From an uncultured bacterium (lineage in GTDB: Bacteria > Margulisbacteria > WOR-1 > CAVSGV01), in the NCBI GenBank assembly GCA_963699255.1, contig OY969425.1:120001-152000 (forward strand): DNA of 32,000 bases, given 5' to 3'. Shown one piece after another: positions 16,868 to 25,202 of this stretch (within the stretch, counting starts at the first letter, position 1; each line of letters opens with the position of its first letter). Both the position numbers and the translations under genes were made by a program. The notes below the pieces were generated by a model. The model was not told the origin of the DNA and made no database searches. It saw nothing but the letters and a program-made list of their open reading frames with translations.

Positions 16868-19024
16868 ATGAAAAAAATTAATTTTTTGTTCGGGATACAC
16901 TGCCATCAGCCTGTCGGGAATTTCCCCAAAGTGATAAGTGAAGCGTATTATGATTCGTACCTTCCTTTCATCGAGATGATGGAAGCTCACCCGACCATCC
17001 GCTTCACGGCTCATTACAGCGGGATCCTTTATGAATGGTTCGCCCAAAACCATCCTGAGTTCCTCGATAAGCTGAAGCTCCTCGTCAAGAGGGGGCAGCT
17101 TGAGGTAATGGCCGGAGGCTTCTATGAGCCGATCCTGGCGATCATTCCTGATGACGACAAGCTAGGCCAGATCGAGTCGGAGAGGGAATTCATAAAAAAG
17201 AACTTCCTTATGTCTCCCAGAGGGCTCTGGCTTACCGAACGCATCTGGGAGCCCCACATGGCAAAACCGCTGAACCTTGCAAAGGTCGAGTATATCACTG
17301 TAGATGATTATCATTTCATTTCGGCCGGCGCGGATGAAAAGGACCTTTTCGGCTATTACGTGACGGAGGAAGAAGGATACAGGCTGAACGTTTTCCCCAT
17401 AAGCAAGCATCTTCGTTATCTTGTGCCTTTCAAGATGCCTGGTGAAACAATTGAATATTTGAAAAGTATCGGTACGGAGGAAGGTGAGCGTGCGGCCGTA
17501 CTTGCTGATGATGGAGAAAAATTCGGCGTCTGGCCGGGCACTCACAAGTGGGTTTACGAGGACAAGTGGCTTGATAACTTCCTGAAGGCGCTTGAAGATG
17601 ACCGCGAAGCGATAAGGACAATGACATTCTCCGAGTACCTGGATGAGCACCGTCCGGCCGGCAAGATATATCTACCCACGGCTTCATATGCCGAGATGAT
17701 GGAATGGGCGCTTCCTGTGAAAGCAGGCCTGAAATACGAAAAAATGATCGAGGAGCTCAAGTCTTTCGGAAAATATGACGAATATAAGCAATTCATACGG
17801 GGAGGGTTTTTCAGGAATTTTTTCGCCAAATATTCAGAAAGCAACGATATGCACAAGAAAATGCTCTATGTGAGTGAAAAAATAGCCACACTGGGGAAAG
17901 GCAAAAAACTGGGGTTGTCGTCGGAGGGCCGAGAGGAAAAGATCCGCCTTGCAAAGCAAAGCCTGTGGAAAGGGCAGTGCAATGACGCATACTGGCATGG
18001 GGTTTTCGGCGGGCTTTATCTTAATTATTTGCGGCACGCGGTGTATGAGAACCTGATCGCTGCTGAAGTTGAGGTTGATAAGCTGGCTTACGGGGACCAG
18101 AAATTCATAGAGATCCGAACGTTCGATTTCGACAGGGACGGGGCCGATGAGATATTGGTATCCAATGACATGCTTAACTGTTATTTCAGCCCTTCATACG
18201 GAGGATGTCTATTTGAGCTTGATTACCGTCCAAAGAGCTTCAATCTTTTGAACGGACTGACAAGAAGAGAAGAAGTGTACCACGGGAAAGTCAGGATGGC
18301 GGCGGAGTCTAAGCCGGAGGAGGGGGTTGGCAGCATCCATGACATCGTAAAAACAAAGGAGACCGGCCTTGAAGATTATCTTGTTTATGACCGGCACAGG
18401 CGCCTCAGTCTTCAAGATCATTTTATGCCGATCGATACTCAGCTGTCCGACTTCATGAAAGTAAAATATAAGGAAACGGGCGATTTCGTGTCAGAGCCGT
18501 ACGCCCCGATGGTCAAGAAAACCAGCAGCGAGATAGAATTGAAGCTCAAGAGGAAAGGCATTGTTTATATGGGAAATAAGGCGCTGCCGGTCGAGATCAT
18601 AAAAACAGTGTCGATATTAAAAGGACAATCTCTTATTAATATCTATTATGAGATATCCAACCTGTCCCAGGAAGTTTTGGATGCCGTCTTTGGCGTCGAA
18701 TTTAATTTTTCCCTGCTCGCTGGGGATGCTCCGGACAGATATTATGTTTTTCCAGGCCAAAATTTGAGCGACAGGAGACTGGCGAGCATAGGGGAGATTG
18801 AAGGCTGTTCAAATCTAAATATTGTTGACGAGTGGAAAGGGTTTGGTGTATCATTACAAACTGGTTGCTTGGACAGGGTCTGGAGATTTCCTATCGAGAC
18901 GGTTTCCCAGTCAGAAGCAGGTTTTGAAAGGACTTACCAGAGCTCCCTGGTCATGCCGAATAAAAGAATAATGATCGAACCCGGGGGTAAATGGGCTAAC
19001 AGTTTGAGGGTTTTAATAGAATGA
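16868..19024 (+). CDS. GH57-family 4-alpha-glucanotransferase / alpha-amylase
   Basis: N-terminus FLFGIHCHQPVGNF, LWLTERIWEP (nucleophile Glu region), AVLADDGEKFGVWPG (acid/base Asp region). The long C-terminal beta-rich domain is typical of the Thermococcus-type GH57 glucanotransferases. Confidence 0.85.
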   Translation: MKKINFLFGIHCHQPVGNFPKVISEAYYDSYLPFIEMMEAHPTIRFTAHYSGILYEWFAQNHPEFLDKLKLLVKRGQLEVMAGGFYEPILAIIPDDDKLGQIESEREFIKKNFLMSPRGLWLTERIWEPHMAKPLNLAKVEYITVDDYHFISAGADEKDLFGYYVTEEEGYRLNVFPISKHLRYLVPFKMPGETIEYLKSIGTEEGERAAVLADDGEKFGVWPGTHKWVYEDKWLDNFLKALEDDREAIRTMTFSEYLDEHRPAGKIYLPTASYAEMMEWALPVKAGLKYEKMIEELKSFGKYDEYKQFIRGGFFRNFFAKYSESNDMHKKMLYVSEKIATLGKGKKLGLSSEGREEKIRLAKQSLWKGQCNDAYWHGVFGGLYLNYLRHAVYENLIAAEVEVDKLAYGDQKFIEIRTFDFDRDGADEILVSNDMLNCYFSPSYGGCLFELDYRPKSFNLLNGLTRREEVYHGKVRMAAESKPEEGVGSIHDIVKTKETGLEDYLVYDRHRRLSLQDHFMPIDTQLSDFMKVKYKETGDFVSEPYAPMVKKTSSEIELKLKRKGIVYMGNKALPVEIIKTVSILKGQSLINIYYEISNLSQEVLDAVFGVEFNFSLLAGDAPDRYYVFPGQNLSDRRLASIGEIEGCSNLNIVDEWKGFGVSLQTGCLDRVWRFPIETVSQSEAGFERTYQSSLVMPNKRIMIEPGGKWANSLRVLIE

Positions 19025-19033
19025 GGGGATTTG

Positions 19034-20068
19034 ATGCCAGAACTTAGAAAAGATCCGATATCGGACAGATGGGTCATTATCGCCACGGAGCGCGGAAGGC
19101 GTCCTTCCGATTTCAAGGAGGGAGGGGCCGGTAAGGTAACCGAGGGCAAGTATTGCCCTTTCTGTGAGGGGCAGGAGGCTAATACTCCAAGGGAAATAGT
19201 CGCCTGGAGAAGACCAGGCACGGAGCCGAACAAGCCGGGGTGGTCGGTAAGGGTTATCCCTAACAAATTTCCTGCTTTGGTGTGCGAGGGCGAAGTTAAC
19301 AGGACGGGAATAGGCATATTTGACATGATGAGCGGGATAGGCGCTCACGAGGTCATACTTGAAACACCGAAGCATGCCGAGAGTCTGGCTGAAATGGAAG
19401 AGACCCACATTGACAAGATCCTGTGGGCATACAAGAACAGGATCGCGGACCTTGAAAAAGATAAAAGGTTCAGGTATGTGCTTGTTTTCAAGAATTACGG
19501 AGAGGCGGCTGGCGCGTCGCTTGAGCACGCGCACTCGCAGCTTATAGCAACGCCGATAACCCCGAGGTACATAAAACTTGAGCTGACGGGAGCGAGAGGG
19601 TACTATCACGAAAAAGAGCGCTGCATATTCTGTGACATGATCAGGCAGGAAATGGGCGACGGGACCCGCATAGTTTCGGAGAATGAGTATTTCGTGAGTT
19701 TCACGCCTTTCGCATCAAGATTCCCTTTTGAATTATGGATACTTCCGAGGCGCCACCAGCATGACTTTTCGATCATCACTGACGAGGAGCGCATCCAGCT
19801 TGCCAGACTGTTAAAGGAAACCATGGTAAGACTGAAAAAGTGTTTGAACGATCCGCCGTATAATTATATGATACACACGTCACCGAATCCCGTGCTCAGG
19901 GCTGGTAAACCCGATTACTGGGGGACGGTCCAGTATGACTTTCACTGGCACATTGAGATCATACCAAGGTTGACCAAGGTCGCGGGATTTGAATGGGGAA
20001 CCGGCCTTTATATTTGCCCGACCCCTCCGGAAGAAGCGGCGAAATATCTAAGAGAGATCAAAATATAG
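19034..20068 (+). CDS. GalT-like HIT-superfamily nucleotidyltransferase (galactose-1-phosphate uridylyltransferase family; possibly an NDP-glucose phosphorylase or exchange enzyme)
   Basis: PELRKDPISDRWVIIATERGRRP N-terminus, Zn-type CPFCEG motif, and HxHxQ active-site motif (EHAHSQL). RBS GAGGGG lies 5 nt before ATG 19034. TTG 19031 is the alternative start. Confidence 0.8.
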   Translation: MPELRKDPISDRWVIIATERGRRPSDFKEGGAGKVTEGKYCPFCEGQEANTPREIVAWRRPGTEPNKPGWSVRVIPNKFPALVCEGEVNRTGIGIFDMMSGIGAHEVILETPKHAESLAEMEETHIDKILWAYKNRIADLEKDKRFRYVLVFKNYGEAAGASLEHAHSQLIATPITPRYIKLELTGARGYYHEKERCIFCDMIRQEMGDGTRIVSENEYFVSFTPFASRFPFELWILPRRHQHDFSIITDEERIQLARLLKETMVRLKKCLNDPPYNYMIHTSPNPVLRAGKPDYWGTVQYDFHWHIEIIPRLTKVAGFEWGTGLYICPTPPEEAAKYLREIKI

Positions 20069-20174
20069 CATGAGAAAATCGCGAAAACGGTCTAGGGGTA
20101 TGAGCATGGGTTTTCTGTCACTTAAGGCTTTTTTGATGAGAAAAATCGATAAAAAGGGAGGTGTCAAAAAAAAT

Positions 20175-20453
20175 ATGGCGACCAGCAGCAAAAGACGTCT
20201 TGTTAAGATCAATTTCAAAGCCCCCATGGGATGCAAAGAAGTGAAAATAGCCGGCGATTTTACGGATTGGGATAAAGGCGCGATTTATATGTCTAAATCG
20301 GGGCGCAACGGAGCATGGACGGCTTCAGTAAGGGTAGAGCCTGGGATGCATCAATACAGGTTCCTGCTTGATGGCAATTGGTACACAGATCCATCTACTG
20401 AGCATGTTATCACTCCTTTTGGCAGTGAAAATTCAGTTTTAAGAGTCAATTAG
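20175..20453 (+). CDS. Stand-alone CBM48 / AMPK-beta-type glycogen-binding domain protein (92 aa)
   Basis: VKINFKAP..KEVKIAGDFTDWDKG...EPGMHQYRFLLDGNWYTDP...SENSVLRV matches the CBM48 pattern. ATG 20175 is preceded by AAGGGAGG. The ORF is open back to ATG 20070 (127 aa), an alternative start. Confidence 0.75.
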   Translation: MATSSKRRLVKINFKAPMGCKEVKIAGDFTDWDKGAIYMSKSGRNGAWTASVRVEPGMHQYRFLLDGNWYTDPSTEHVITPFGSENSVLRVN

Positions 20454-20460
20454 GATCCGC

Positions 20461-21114
20461 ATGCCAAAAACTAAAAAAGTCAAAATCGAGCGTGGTGGTG
20501 CGCTGAAGCATGAGGAGGAGCTTGTTGAAGAGAGCAAGTTTTTCGTCCCTCCTTATGCCAGTACGCCTGGGCAAAGGAAGGAATTTGACTTTCCTCACTC
20601 TTATGGAGACACAAAGATAGTCCTTATTGTCAGAGACCCTCACTGGATCTACACATATTGGGAGATCACGGAAAACAAATATAAAGAAGCCGCGAACGCT
20701 CTGGGAAGCGATTTCAACGGCGCAAAAGAGACCCTCAGGGTATATGATACTTCATCGAGACAATGGAAAAGCTTTGACATAACAGTTTCTTACGGGGCGA
20801 GGAACTGGTATATCAATGTGCCCGAGGCCAACCGCACATATGTTGTTGATATCGGTTTTTTGTCCCCTGACGGTAGATTTATCGTTATGGCACGGTCGAA
20901 TGCCGTTACTACCCCGAGGGATGCGATGTCCGAAGTCATCGATGAAGAATGGATGACCGTGGATTTTGAACGTATCTACGCCATTTCCGGAGGATTCGGA
21001 ATCGGAAAAAGCTCCGGGGAGATCCGGGAACTTATGAAAAAGCATCTGTTCGAACTCAAGGCTTCGGGTTGGTTAGCATCTTCAAGCAGTCCCGTCGGCC
21101 GCCGCCCAAAATAA
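20461..21114 (+). CDS. DUF4912-like protein of unknown function
   Basis: YGDTKIVLIVRDPHWIYTYWEI followed by LRVYD...W..F.I and NWYINVP segments. From memory this is the DUF4912 signature. It lies directly upstream of the GH57 branching-enzyme gene. Confidence 0.65.
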   Translation: MPKTKKVKIERGGALKHEEELVEESKFFVPPYASTPGQRKEFDFPHSYGDTKIVLIVRDPHWIYTYWEITENKYKEAANALGSDFNGAKETLRVYDTSSRQWKSFDITVSYGARNWYINVPEANRTYVVDIGFLSPDGRFIVMARSNAVTTPRDAMSEVIDEEWMTVDFERIYAISGGFGIGKSSGEIRELMKKHLFELKASGWLASSSSPVGRRPK

Positions 21115-21126
21115 CAGGACCTTCTT

Positions 21127-22719
21127 ATGGAGAAAGGATATTTATCTCTAATTCTGCATGCGCATCTTCCATATGTGCGACATCCGGAGTATGAGGAATT
21201 CCTGGAAGAAGACTGGCTCTATGAAGCAATAACAGAAACATACATCCCGCTTATTGACACTTTTGAAAACCTCATAAATGACGGAGTAAAGTTCAAGATC
21301 ACGATCTCCCTTTCTCCAACGCTTATATCGATGTTCGCCGATGAGCTATTACAAGATAGATATATAAAACACATTGAAAGTTTGATCGAGCTGGCCGGGC
21401 GCGAATGCGAGAGAACAAAGGGTCAGCCCGAATATAGCGAACTCGCGAAGATGTACCTTGATAAGTTCAAGAACGCAAGATATATGTTCATTGAAAAATA
21501 TCACAGGAACCTGATAAATGCTTTCAGGATGCTGAATGATTCGGGTTCTGTGGAGGTCATAACCTGCGGGGCCACTCACGGATACCTGCCTCTTTTTGAG
21601 ATCAATAAAAAGGCCGTTCGAGCTCAAATAAAGGCCGCCGTGGACTGTTTCAAGAAGCATTTCGGCAAAATACCGAACGGAATGTGGCTTCCCGAATGCG
21701 GATATAATCCGCCGGACGACAAATATCTGGCGGAATTCGGGGTTAAATATTTCTTTGTCGATACCCACGGGATACTTCACGGATCTCCAAGGCCGAAATA
21801 CGGGGTCTTTGCTCCCGTATACTGCAGGAGCGGCGTTGCGGCTTTCGGCAGGGATGTGGAATCGTCCCGTGCTGTCTGGAGCGCCGAGGAAGGATACCCC
21901 GGAGATTATAATTACAGGGAATTTTACAGGGACATCGGCTTTGACCTGGACTATGAATATATTAAACCCTATATCCATATTGACGGTACCAGGGTAAATA
22001 CGGGGATCAAGTATTATAAGATCACAGGCAGGACCAATGATAAGGCCCCTTATAATGCGAGGGCCGCGGCTGAAAAGGCGGCGGAGCACGCCGGCAATTT
22101 CATGTTCAACAGGCAAAAGCAGATAGAACATATACACGGCGTCATCGGCAAGAAACCGATAGTAATTTCACCCTATGATGCCGAACTTTACGGGCACTGG
22201 TGGTATGAGGGGCCTCTGTGGCTTAATTATCTGCTCAGGAAGATCAGCTTTGATCAGGATACGATCAGGCTTATTACTCCGTCGCAATATCTAAAAGAAA
22301 ATCCGAAGAATCAGGCCTTAACGCCTTCGATGTCCTCATGGGGATGGAAGGGCTACAGCGAGGTCTGGCTGGAGGGATCAAATGATTGGATCTACAGGCA
22401 TATCCATAAAGCACAGGAAAGGATGATCGAACTTGCCGCGTCGCATCACAAAGCGTCCGGTATCAGGGAGAGAGCGCTGAACCAGGCGGCAAGAGAGCTT
22501 ATGCTGCTTGAGGCGAGCGACTGGCCTTTTATCATGAAAACCGGAACGGTCGTTCCGTATGCCGTAAAACGGATCAAGGATCATCTTGAAAGATTTACAA
22601 GACTGTACGAGGACATTAGCTCGAATTCAATTGATGAAAAATGGCTTTCTGATATAGAATACCGGGATAACTTATTTCCGGAGATCGATTTCAGGGTGTA
22701 TAGCGGGGAGAAAACATGA
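21127..22719 (+). CDS. GH57-type 1,4-alpha-glucan branching enzyme
   Basis: GYLSLILHAHLPYVRHPE N-terminus, GMWLPECGY (nucleophile Glu region) and SPYDAELYGHWWYEGP (acid/base Asp region). It is colinear with Thermus/Thermococcus GH57 branching enzymes as I recall them. Confidence 0.85.
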   Translation: MEKGYLSLILHAHLPYVRHPEYEEFLEEDWLYEAITETYIPLIDTFENLINDGVKFKITISLSPTLISMFADELLQDRYIKHIESLIELAGRECERTKGQPEYSELAKMYLDKFKNARYMFIEKYHRNLINAFRMLNDSGSVEVITCGATHGYLPLFEINKKAVRAQIKAAVDCFKKHFGKIPNGMWLPECGYNPPDDKYLAEFGVKYFFVDTHGILHGSPRPKYGVFAPVYCRSGVAAFGRDVESSRAVWSAEEGYPGDYNYREFYRDIGFDLDYEYIKPYIHIDGTRVNTGIKYYKITGRTNDKAPYNARAAAEKAAEHAGNFMFNRQKQIEHIHGVIGKKPIVISPYDAELYGHWWYEGPLWLNYLLRKISFDQDTIRLITPSQYLKENPKNQALTPSMSSWGWKGYSEVWLEGSNDWIYRHIHKAQERMIELAASHHKASGIRERALNQAARELMLLEASDWPFIMKTGTVVPYAVKRIKDHLERFTRLYEDISSNSIDEKWLSDIEYRDNLFPEIDFRVYSGEKT

Positions 22720-25202
22720 AGGCAGCGATACTGGCAGGCGGGATGGGGACGAGGATGCATCCGCTTACCTGCGACATACCAAAACCAATGCTTCCATTTG
22801 CCAATAAGCCGATCATGGCTCACACGGTGGAACTTCTTGCCCGGAACGGCATCACCGATATCGTTGCGATACTATATCATCAGCCCGAAGCGATAATGAA
22901 CTACTTTGGCGACGGAAGCTCGTTCGGAGTAAAGATGAAGTATATTATTGCATCGCGGGACCTAGGGACCGCGGGCGCGGTCAAATACGCCGAGCAGGTG
23001 CTTGACGAGACTTTTCTGGTCATATCCGCTGACATATTTTGCGATTTCAACCTTCAGGACCTCATAGAATTCCACAGGAGCAAAAAAGCGCTTGTTACCG
23101 TGACGCTTTCCCGCGTTGACAACCCGCTGCCTTACGGGATAGTCGTCACTAACGGCGACGGCAGGGTGAAACATTTCCTCGAAAAACCCTCCTGGGGAGA
23201 GGTCATTACAGATACCATAAATACCGGGATCTATGTCGTAAGCCCCATTGCCATGCGCAGCGTTCCCGACGGGAAGGAATTCGATTTCAGCAAAGATCTT
23301 TTCCCGAAGCTGCTTGAAGCAAGAGAGCCGATCTACGGATATACAGCCGAAGGATACTGGAAGGATATAGGAGGGATCGACGAATACGGAGCCAGCCATA
23401 GGGACATAGTTACGGGAAAGCTAAAGCTTGATAGCAGGAAATTCGGCTCAAATGTAAGGATCTCTCCGTCCGCGAAACTTATAGGACTTGTGATGCTGGA
23501 TGACGGAAGCATTGTTGGCGATGATGTGGTGATCGAGAATTCCGTGATAGGGAAGAATTGCGAGATATCCCGCGGATCAAGGATAGTTGAAAGCATCATA
23601 TGGGATAATGTGAAGATCGAAAAAGAAGGTAATATCAACAGATCGATCATCGCATCAAACTCTGTGATAGGTGAGAGGGCGATGCTTGAAGAAGGGTCGG
23701 TCGTGGCAAGCAACTGCACGTTCGGGCCTGATACCCATGTTAAACCTTACGTTAAGATATGGCCTGGCAAGAAGGTCGAAGAGGGTTCCACCGTATCCAC
23801 GAGCATAGTCTGGAGAGAACGCTGGACAAAAAAGATATTCGGCGCTTACGGTGTCACGGGCATCTGCAACATTGAGATAACCCCTGAGTTCGCCGCTACC
23901 CTTGGCGCGGCGTATGGTTATATGCTTGGGAAGGGAAGCCGCATAACTACCAGCAGGGACTGCCACAAAGCATCACGAATGATATACAGAGCTTTGATCT
24001 CCGGCGTTCTTTCCGCAGGGGTTAACGTCTCGGACCTTGAAATGGTGCCGGTACCCATAAACAGGTACGAACTAAAAGCGCTGCAGAGCAGCGGCGGTTT
24101 CCACGTGAGAAAATCACCTTTTGACCCGACCGTTCTCGATCTTAAGTTCTTTGATTCCGACGGAATGGACCTGCCCGCAGGGAAGGAAAAAATGGTGGAG
24201 AGGCTGTTCTTCGGAGAAGATTTTCAGAGAGCGCCCATAGACGAGACCGGCGAGCTTAGCTTCCCGTTTTACAGGATTGCAGAGCAATATAAGGAAGGAT
24301 TCCTGAATTTTGTCGACAAAAAATCATTATTGGGCAGGAGATTTAATTTTGTCGTAGATTATGCTTACGGAAGCACTTCCCAGATATTCCCTTCGATCCT
24401 CGGGGAATTCGGTTGTGATGCCGTTGCGATCAACGCTCACGTCGACGAAGCAAAGATCACGAAAACCAGGGAGGAATTCGAACAGTCGCTGACCCGGTTG
24501 TCGCAGATAGTCATGACGCTGAAGTGCGATTTTGGCATCATGTTCGATGCGGGCGGAGAAAAGATATTCCTGGTTGATGAAGGGGGACATATACTTTCGG
24601 GCGACGCCACCCTTGCTCTAATGGCTTTGCTCAGCCTCAAACACAACCCCAAAAAGGTGATAGCAACTCCCGTGACAAGTTCAAGGGTCATGGAGGAGAT
24701 CGCGCGCAGCTTCGGCGGCAGTGTGATCAGGACCAGGACAAGTGCAAGGGCCTTAACGGAGGCGGCACTCAACAGCGACGTATCTTTCGTGGGGGAGCGT
24801 CTCGGCGGATGCATTTTCCCGAAATTCCAGACATCGTTCGATTCGATGCTTTCAACGGCGAAACTGCTTGAATATCTATGCAAGGAAGACTGCCCCATCA
24901 GCTCCATATTGAATGATATCCCAAGGACATACCTGACAAAGCTGGAAATCAGGTGCCCTGCTCATCTTAAAGGGAGAGTAATGAGATCCGTCATTGAAGA
25001 AACCGGGGATAATCCAGTTGAATTGATAGATGGAGTGAAGGTATACTATAAAAAAGATTGGGTGCTTGTTCTGCCGCATGCGGATTCTCCTTCCATTATT
25101 GTGGAAGTCGAAGCGTCCGATGAAGGCACGGCAAAAAAGCTGCTTGATGTTTATGTGGCCAAAATAAGGGATGTGTGTTCCATAGAAGGGGGTAACGGGT
25201 GA
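22716..25202 (+). CDS. Fusion protein: sugar-1-phosphate nucleotidyltransferase + left-handed beta-helix + phosphohexomutase (PGM/PMM)-like domains with degenerate motifs
   Basis: The N-terminus has an intact LAGGMGTRMHPLT...KPMLP motif. The middle carries hexapeptide-like repeats (aa ~240-365). From about aa 374 it is colinear with PGM/PMM (IFGAYGVTG...). ATGA overlap with the upstream gene and GTGA overlap with glgA. Confidence 0.8.
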   Translation: MKAAILAGGMGTRMHPLTCDIPKPMLPFANKPIMAHTVELLARNGITDIVAILYHQPEAIMNYFGDGSSFGVKMKYIIASRDLGTAGAVKYAEQVLDETFLVISADIFCDFNLQDLIEFHRSKKALVTVTLSRVDNPLPYGIVVTNGDGRVKHFLEKPSWGEVITDTINTGIYVVSPIAMRSVPDGKEFDFSKDLFPKLLEAREPIYGYTAEGYWKDIGGIDEYGASHRDIVTGKLKLDSRKFGSNVRISPSAKLIGLVMLDDGSIVGDDVVIENSVIGKNCEISRGSRIVESIIWDNVKIEKEGNINRSIIASNSVIGERAMLEEGSVVASNCTFGPDTHVKPYVKIWPGKKVEEGSTVSTSIVWRERWTKKIFGAYGVTGICNIEITPEFAATLGAAYGYMLGKGSRITTSRDCHKASRMIYRALISGVLSAGVNVSDLEMVPVPINRYELKALQSSGGFHVRKSPFDPTVLDLKFFDSDGMDLPAGKEKMVERLFFGEDFQRAPIDETGELSFPFYRIAEQYKEGFLNFVDKKSLLGRRFNFVVDYAYGSTSQIFPSILGEFGCDAVAINAHVDEAKITKTREEFEQSLTRLSQIVMTLKCDFGIMFDAGGEKIFLVDEGGHILSGDATLALMALLSLKHNPKKVIATPVTSSRVMEEIARSFGGSVIRTRTSARALTEAALNSDVSFVGERLGGCIFPKFQTSFDSMLSTAKLLEYLCKEDCPISSILNDIPRTYLTKLEIRCPAHLKGRVMRSVIEETGDNPVELIDGVKVYYKKDWVLVLPHADSPSIIVEVEASDEGTAKKLLDVYVAKIRDVCSIEGGNG

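Noticed and set aside
16612-16881. An 89-aa ORF spanning the gap between the two GH57 genes.
   Set aside because: It overlaps the 3' end of the upstream gene out of frame, runs through both hairpins of repeat copy 2, and has no RBS or recognisable motif.
20070-20174. A 35-aa Arg/Lys-rich N-terminal extension of the CBM48 ORF (MRKSRKRSRG...) starting at ATG 20070.
   Set aside because: There is no good RBS before 20070, whereas AAGGGAGG precedes ATG 20175. The extension has no domain-like features. It is kept only as an alternative start.
21349-22137. Long antisense ORFs. Examples: 262 aa at 21349-22137(-), 216 aa at 4402-5052(-), 198 aa at 19013-19609(-) and 7423-8019(-), 186 aa at 11661-12221(-), 167 aa at 6070-6573(-), 147 aa at 1130-1573(-).
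   Set aside because: Each lies entirely opposite a gene with strong family motifs. Their compositions are low-complexity and rich in Arg, Ser and Pro, as is typical of shadow frames. None has a convincing RBS.
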